A stretch of 64,000 nt of DNA. Source: Tubulanus polymorphus (taxonomy: Eukaryota > Animalia > Nemertea). Position 1 is the stretch's first letter; every line of letters begins with the position of its first letter. The notes below the pieces were generated by a model. It was given only the letters and a program-made list of their open reading frames with translations, had not been told where the DNA came from and searched no databases. Location of the stretch: assembly GCF_964204645.1 (NCBI RefSeq), contig NC_134030.1, positions 22,032,210 through 22,096,209 of the forward strand, given 5' to 3'. The translations under genes were made by a program, and so were the position numbers. Positions 57,027 through 64,000 of the stretch are shown here, piece after piece.

Positions 57027-60000
57027 ATGAAGAATCTATGGAGGAATCTGCAGCATTTCGTATTGATCTGCGTGATTTTACTGTTTTATCTCATAGCGTA
57101 CAACAACAGCCCAAAAGCGTTTAGACTTAAGAGAAATACCGGTAAGAAAACGTTAAAGAACATATCGTAGAGTATATATGGAATGTGTATTACATAAGAT
57201 AAAACTTATCACCAGACTTTGGAAACATCTGGGACAAAATGGTAGTTATTCAACCACTTGAACTGATAAAATTTAATGCTTCGAATTAAAAAACCTACAA
57301 TCTCTTAAGTGTTTACATTTTACAATGGAAAAGCCTAGACCTGACCTCAATGTCACAGTAATCATAGGAATTCCCCACACAATGTTCTGCAGTAAGTGTA
57401 TACTGTCTATAACGACTGAATTGTACCAAATATCCACATACATTGATTCTGTAGCCTCTGAATGTATTGAGAAGTACCGTCAGACTGAAAAGGGTTTAAA
57501 TCGGTACAATTAGTTTGAATATTGACCGTGGCAGCATCTCACAGGCTGTGTCTTAAAATCATGGATAAATGCGTGTGAATATAAGTTTTGAAAAATATCA
57601 AACAGATGATTGTTTATTTCTTGTTAAACCTCTTCAAACGGTGACAATTTTCGGAAGACAATTTCCTTAAACAAGGGGCTGTAGTTGCTCTGAAGTCGGT
57701 TTAAGGTGAATGAAATTGAGATGTTAATTGGTCAATTTTGAACAATGGCTCTGACAATAGAAAGCTATATATTGCCAGCACCTGATGCAGTTGTACTGGA
57801 CAGTGTGAATGTATTACCGGGTACAAGAATATTACGTATATTGTGTATCTGATATTTCAGCACCTGATGGAGTTGTACTGGACAGTGTCAATGTACTACC
57901 GGGTACAAGAATATTACGTATATTGTGTATTTGATATTTCAGCGCCTGATGGAGTTGTACTGGACAGTGTCAATGTATTACCGGGTACAAGAATATTACG
58001 TATATTGTGTATTTGATATTTCAGCGCCTGATGGAGTTGTACTGGACAGTGTCAATGTATTACCGGGTACAAGAATATTACGTATATTGTGTATTTGATA
58101 TTTCAGCGCCTGATGGAGTTGTACTGGACAGTGTCAATGTATTACCGGGTACAAACATATTACTGTCGCAGGAAGGTAAAACTGTCAGTATTACCTGTAA
58201 ACAGAGCAGCTCTACAGCGACTGATGTAGAATTCCAGCTACAAGTGTATCATGGAGGCACCTGGACTGCATTACCTACAGCATCAGCACCAGTTTGGGAT
58301 GTTGTACTTGACGCTGGAAACATCTATAAATGTGTGGCCACTAACTCGGCAGGAATAAAGGGAAGTCACATCTATGAATCAGATGTGATCAGTGAGTATG
58401 GTGACAATTTGAACTCTAAGAATCGGCTTGTCACGTGATAATTTATTTCTCCTCTGCAACGGAACCCAATTTCAATGTTGCTGGGATAGGCTGAAAATAA
58501 GCCATGATTATAAAATCATCAGGAAAAGTCAAACGTTGACTCTACAAGAACTTATCGTCTTTTCTGAACTGATTGACAGATCTCTGGTACTGACTCGGAT
58601 GACAATTACTAAACCAGTAGCCTTCATACATTTACTGTTCATTGTCGGTTGTCTGACAATACATGTATTTTTTGTGCCAAATTCCAACGCTCTTATTCTC
58701 TGTGGAAACAAGTCAGCATATCCTTTCATTCAGCACTTATCAAATAATGCTGGGTAAATAGAATAAAAGTTTCCTGTGCACTTGGTATTTTTTGTATATA
58801 TTTTGTATTGTAGGTATAAAAATAAATGAAAACCCGTGTAAACTGCATGAATTCAAACCATCACTAGCTTGTACTTGTAAAGCCACTAGCAAGATCGGTA
58901 ATTCAAACATGGCGGTAAAATGGTATGCTGATGGATTTACTGAAGGATCAACGGATATTGATCAGATCCCCGATCAAGGCGTGAATACTCCGGTGAAAGA
59001 TGGAGTTATCAACAGGAATCAGATGCGGTTTAATTTAATGCTGTACGCAATATTGATTCAATGTCGGTTATGGAAGTATAATGGGATAGAGCTACCGAAA
59101 CTAACACTTCAAGAACAAATACTACACCAAACTCCAATGAACGTTACGTGTAAGTTGGAGAATATTTCCATGAGAGATTTTTCATACGATATCAGAGTGA
59201 CAATAATGCATGTTACATCGTTTATTCTATTGGTAACTGCCCATAGTTTGAGATTTAAGAGTTACTATTTCATAACGACTGGTGATCGTGCCTATGACAT
59301 GTTTTCAAATTCTTTCGTTTTAATATTTGGTCCAAAGAAGGTATTTCAAATACTTAAGCGAATTGTTAATAATAACATTAAAAGGACTAGAATATGATTG
59401 TGCATGTATTTGCTTTTGAAATCGAACCTACTAGAAAACGATTTCTTTCACCTTCTATGATTAGGGCCTAGGCTTAAGATTTTGAGCCCACATGGAAAAA
59501 TTGCAGCGAAATCGGTTAAAATGTTGACATAAAAAGTTCGTTTCTGTAACAATTGTCGTCTTCGGGTATTCTCGTGGCTATATCAGGGATTTCTAATTTG
59601 TAATATGGGACAAAGCTTCTTGAACCGGGACCATAGGATCACGTACAACTCACCAGAATAAAGGATTCTTTTCATGAGTGCGATAGATACGCCACCTATC
59701 GTTGATATGTATTGTTGCAAAAACAAATAAACTATATTACAATATAATTATGTCGGGAGTTACACCGTTATATTTCCGTCGATTCAAATTTCGACGCCCT
59801 TGATAAACACACATTCCTCGGAGCGAAAGTAATATTTTACCATGTTTTATGGACGGACGTTTCCTCACGTAAATCAACGATTTTGCACCGATCAGTGAAA
59901 TTGAAGTGGACAAACATGATATCATCCAAAAATGTATTTGCATCTTTATCTTTCAGATTTTCCCGATGAAATTCAAACACCAGATACTTTCACCGGAGAA

Positions 60001-63000
60001 CCTGACATTAGAAATGAAGGAGATGTTGTAGAATATACTTGTAGAACAGTGATAGGAAGGCCCGATCCTACAGTGATATACCAGCAGAAGAGAAGAGGTT
60101 CTGAACAATGGGAGCCAATTCCTGATCCACAACCTCGTAAAGTACCTCTCAAAATGGGTTTAAAAGGTTTTGACACGACGTACAAGTTCAATGCTGATTT
60201 CAAACTGCACAATGGAACGTCATTTCGATGTGCTGTAAAGGAGAACCTTACATTTCCAGAACCTCAGCAATTTAATCCAATCATTGTTCATTGTAAGTAA
60301 CAGTTTCTTTTCGAATTCGAGAAATAAATAATTTTCCCTGCAACAATACAGACCCCAGTGGTAGTACAGACCTATTCGCCATTAGCATGTCACAATGTAA
60401 CCATGCTAAGTAGGAACGTGGCAGAGTCTCGCGATGTCATCAGGTTCAAATCCCTGCCGAGGGAGGAACGTGGCAGAGTCTCACGATGTCATCAGGTTCG
60501 AATCCCTGCTGAGAGAAGATGGGTCTACTATGACAGGGCTTAAGAACTGTGCTAGGTCAGATATTACTTTTACTAATGTTTTGTTTGTTTTTCGATCAGA
60601 TTTTGCTGCACCAGTTTACAAGAAATCGAGTGAAAATAAAACACACGCAGCGTATATTGTAACAGTTAATAGTAACCCATTGACTCAGCAAGTTACATGT
60701 GACCCTCCAGCTGTCGTTCAAAAACTATCAAACTCTCAGTGGAATATAACGATACCTATCGTAAACAGTACCACAACTGACTATAGAGGGCGGTGTTTGA
60801 CTGACGGTATTAATGAAAGGGTTATTGATGTCGCTGGTTATCATCACGCCGGTCCAACTGATGAACCAGGTAAGATTCCGGGTCACGACTGGATGAATTT
60901 TACATGAATTTGAAGATTCAAATGATTCAATTCCATGACATTATAAAACTCGAGGCCATCATCTCTTAACTCGAAATCATTTCTACACAATCAAACAATT
61001 TACTTATGAAAAGTCGTTATTTTTCTAAATTGTCACAAAACCTATTAATATATTTCAAAGTCTCAATTTACTAAGTCATTTGTCATTATTATTGGGTCTC
61101 ATTTTACTAGGTGTAAGTCGTCATTCATTTAAAGCGTCACATACATACATATTACAAAAAAATAATTTTTGTATTTTACCTAAAGTGTAAATCATTTAGA
61201 TTAGTCAGCACAGCGGAGGAGTCTCGTGACGTCATCAGATTTAAATCCGTGTGCGATGACGTAATTCTCTGTGTCGTCAGAATTGAGCGTTTTCTATTAT
61301 TATCTGTGAATTTATCACATTCAAATATTACACAATGATTTAGCATCTTTAACTTTCTATCTTGAGGCTGTTTGACCCAATCAAGGAACAATTAATTTTC
61401 TCCCATTTTAAAAACAACTTATTTACTTTATTCAGAGACTATTTGAGCTTTGAAATTAAGGAACAATTAATTTTTGTTTGACCTAGTTAATTATTCAATT
61501 CAATTGCTGTTACTTTTATCAATAGTAACAATGGAACTATTTCTAGCTTTATATAATTCAATTCAATCGCATCACCGATTAATTTGAATTTCCGTTTCAG
61601 ATGCAGGAAATGGAGGCAGAGTGTTTGGTGCTGTAATCGGTATACTGATATTACTGATTCTGATAATACTGTTTATACTGTGGCGTCGTGGCTGCTGTAA
61701 GTTTTACCTAAAACCATCATTAAATCTTTAAAAAAAATAAACAAACTGCAGAATGAAATACTGTATTAGGTGTAGAAAACCTAATGATGAACTTTGTAGA
61801 TGTGGAAATTGTAAGTTCTGTAATAATTCATTTACATAAAGCTTAAAATTGAAAAATTGTGCATAAGGCTTGAGGGATTCGAGGGTTCCCCAGGTGGCCA
61901 GATACAGTGGTTGCTCCTCAATTATCAGTCCACATTTTTAATCTCGGGACCCTAGTTGCACAGTTTTATTCCAAAAGTGGTCGTAAACTATTCTACTGGT
62001 CTTAAGTTGTTAGATTTGCTATTGGACCAAAATGAGCTTAGACTGGTTTAAGCTCAACTAGACATATTGGCCACAGAACTAAAACTGTCTTAAACTGGTC
62101 TTGAATACAAGCCATCATGGTGCACATTAGCCCTATTACAAAATATTTAGTTCATTGTCAATCAAAATGTTGCGATCGTAGATTATCATAATATACAGAA
62201 TGCTAGAAATCTAAAAATAGTGTACACAGCTGGAGGGATCCGAGCCAGATACAGTTCTTGATTACTTGCCTACGTAGGTTCTCCATTTTCTCGTTGGGAA
62301 GTATCGTTACGTTGTTCGGTGACGATAGTGATAAATTATCACATATGCCTACCGGGTATCGGTAATGAAAACTTGCGCCCGGTTCCTTGTCCCAGTTACC
62401 ATTTATTGCGAACTAGAAGAAATTCTGTAAATCCGTGATTCCGAAATAGTACCGGTTTAAACTCAAGAAAATTACGCGGTATCATTGGTTCAATTATCTC
62501 ATAGCATTAGTATCCATGACTATCTTTAGTGGGTGGCTCCAACAATATCCAAATCACACTGTTTCTTTATTGGGTTGATTTGTCAGGTGAATGTGCATCA
62601 TGTAGACAAACAGTATTTCTGTTCTCTAATTTACAGTACCGTGTTTGGTTCCGAAACCTGAAGATGCGATTGCATTGTTGCGTTGGACAAGTGAAACCTG
62701 GTATGAAAAAGGTAAGATTCTCTCACATGATTTACTGCACATATTCTCAGATATCGGTTTGATAATTTTAGGTGTTGTTTTCTCTTTGTAGATCATGAGT
62801 ATTGGGTGAAAACACGTGAACAACTTCAGCCAGGTATTTATAGAATTATTAACCCTTTATTTCTATAACATATAGAATATCTCGCATGAATACAGTTCAT
62901 AGTTTTAGAAATTATCCACTAATCATCTGAATGATATACAACTGATTTTGCTTCATTATCAAAACCGTAATTATCAATTTAAGTTTATGGTTAACAACGT

Positions 63001-63939
63001 AATTTTTGACTATTTTATCGTATGTTTTTGGTAGATGTTTAATGCAATTAACTGACAATTATTTCTATCTGTGAAGCACATTTATAATAATGGCCTCTTA
63101 TATTAACTCACTGGATACAATGGAAACACGTTTACGCAATGAAATAAACCAAATAATTTGGACCAAGAAACTTTTAGATTTTTCAGAAACTATTCCATAT
63201 TCACGTACTAAATCCTGGACTTCACTTGTAGCAAGTGAGGATCCACCAGGTGCAAGGAGGCAATTCCTTGCTATTTTTAGGGACTGAACTTTTCGTGAGA
63301 AATAAGAAAAAGCATGTGAAATCCCTGATAATGTGTTTGCCTAAGCGTTGTTGTCGTCGTTAACCGGCACTTTTTTCGGCAGTCCTCCAGTTCATGGTGT
63401 TTCATCGATCGTTCATTGATGTGTTTGGTTGAATGACTGGACTGGTTCCGGGTCACATGTACTCTGATCGTGCCTAGAAAACGTATCCACGCATCTAATT
63501 TTAAACAATTTTCTGCGGAAGAACGCCCACTAATTTGTGCACCCCTCCCTGAAATCCTGGATCTGCAGCTGTTCTGCGGCAATAGAGGATTCCCATTGAA
63601 AATCAACTATACGCGAGAAACGTTTTTAGATGTCGTCTTTTTTCATGTTTATCTGTAGCTAATATTTGTGTTGTTTGTTTAACAGTTAAAACTGAAGACT
63701 TTGAGGTCATTGAAAAGTCATTCAGTCCAGGTATATTATTCATTGTGATTTCATTTCAATAAAACAATATAAACTCACATGATTCATCGATAAATCAACT
63801 ACCTGTTTGTTAACATCGATGAATTCATTTAGAAAATTAATTTGTTGTCAATTTTTCTTTCTAGAAATTTTCAGAATAATTAAAGATGTTTACGGAACTG
63901 AGAATGATTGGGAGTTAACGAGAGATAAGGATAAACAAG
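57027..63939 (+). CDS. R-long copy 3, 5' part (continues beyond the window)
   Basis: Exons: 57027-57141 (SP, RLKR), 58107-58391, 58814-59149, 59957-60292, 60600-60869 (D1-D4), 61601-61696 (TM), 62637-62711, 62792-62833, 63686-63730, 63865-63939. The TM exon splices in frame to give LFILWRRGC-LPCLVPKPEDAIALLRW. Confidence 0.7.
57779..58148 (+). repeat. 82-bp intron/exon-boundary repeat with 5 acceptors
   Basis: Exon starts at 57779, 57861, 57943, 58025, 58107. Confidence 0.9.
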
Positions 63940-64000
63940 GTAAGAGGAGTGAGTGGTAAGAGTAGTGAGTGGTAAGAGTAGTGAGTGGTAAGAGTAGTGA
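63940..64000 (+). repeat. 16-bp minisatellite (GTAAGAGTAGTGAGTG) starting at a splice donor; runs off the window
   Basis: Direct reading. Confidence 0.85.

Larger units (their letters stand above)
44400..62000 (+). repeat. Segmental tandem duplication block (paralogous to about 19070-36900)
   Basis: As above. In addition 1-2980, 39640-43130 and 62730-63950 are three mutually homologous blocks. Confidence 0.9.

Noticed and set aside
24934-63939. Assigning gene symbols (Alr, Dscam, nephrin, hemicentin, MEG)
   Set aside because: Only architectural analogy; no sequence-level recognition without a database search

Overview
AT-rich, intron-dense animal (probably invertebrate) genomic DNA, not prokaryotic; most ORFs in the supplied track are artefacts. 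Reading GT-AG splice sites by hand shows a tandem array of a two-gene unit, all on the + strand, in the order [R-long #1, 3' part] - [R-Tyr #1] - [R-long #2] - [R-Tyr #2] - [R-long #3, 5' part]. R-Tyr is a type I membrane protein: signal peptide, one Ig-like domain, stalk, TM, RRRR, then a tail of about seven 14-aa tyrosine repeats (YxxM x3, YxN x3). R-long is a type I membrane protein: signal peptide plus RxKR, four Ig-like domains (domain 3 is paralogous to the R-Tyr Ig domain), TM and a Cys-rich juxtamembrane region. It appears to continue into a very long cytoplasmic region built from dozens of small exons (mostly 12-93 nt; 59 exons in the in-window part of copy 1). Every internal exon is a multiple of 3 and phase 1, and the protein ends in a conserved class I PDZ-binding motif (GTQV*/GTRV*). 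The copies differ by whole in-frame exon blocks (40 exons absent from copy 2, Cys exons absent from copy 3), and Ig domain 1 is the most divergent ectodomain module. This looks like a paired Ig-receptor cluster with a modular micro-exon tail, a candidate immune or allorecognition locus. All gene models are manual and untested by transcripts. Introns and intergenic DNA also hold MITEs, a nested foldback element, tRNA-derived SINEs, LINE and Penelope-like fragments, and mini/microsatellites.
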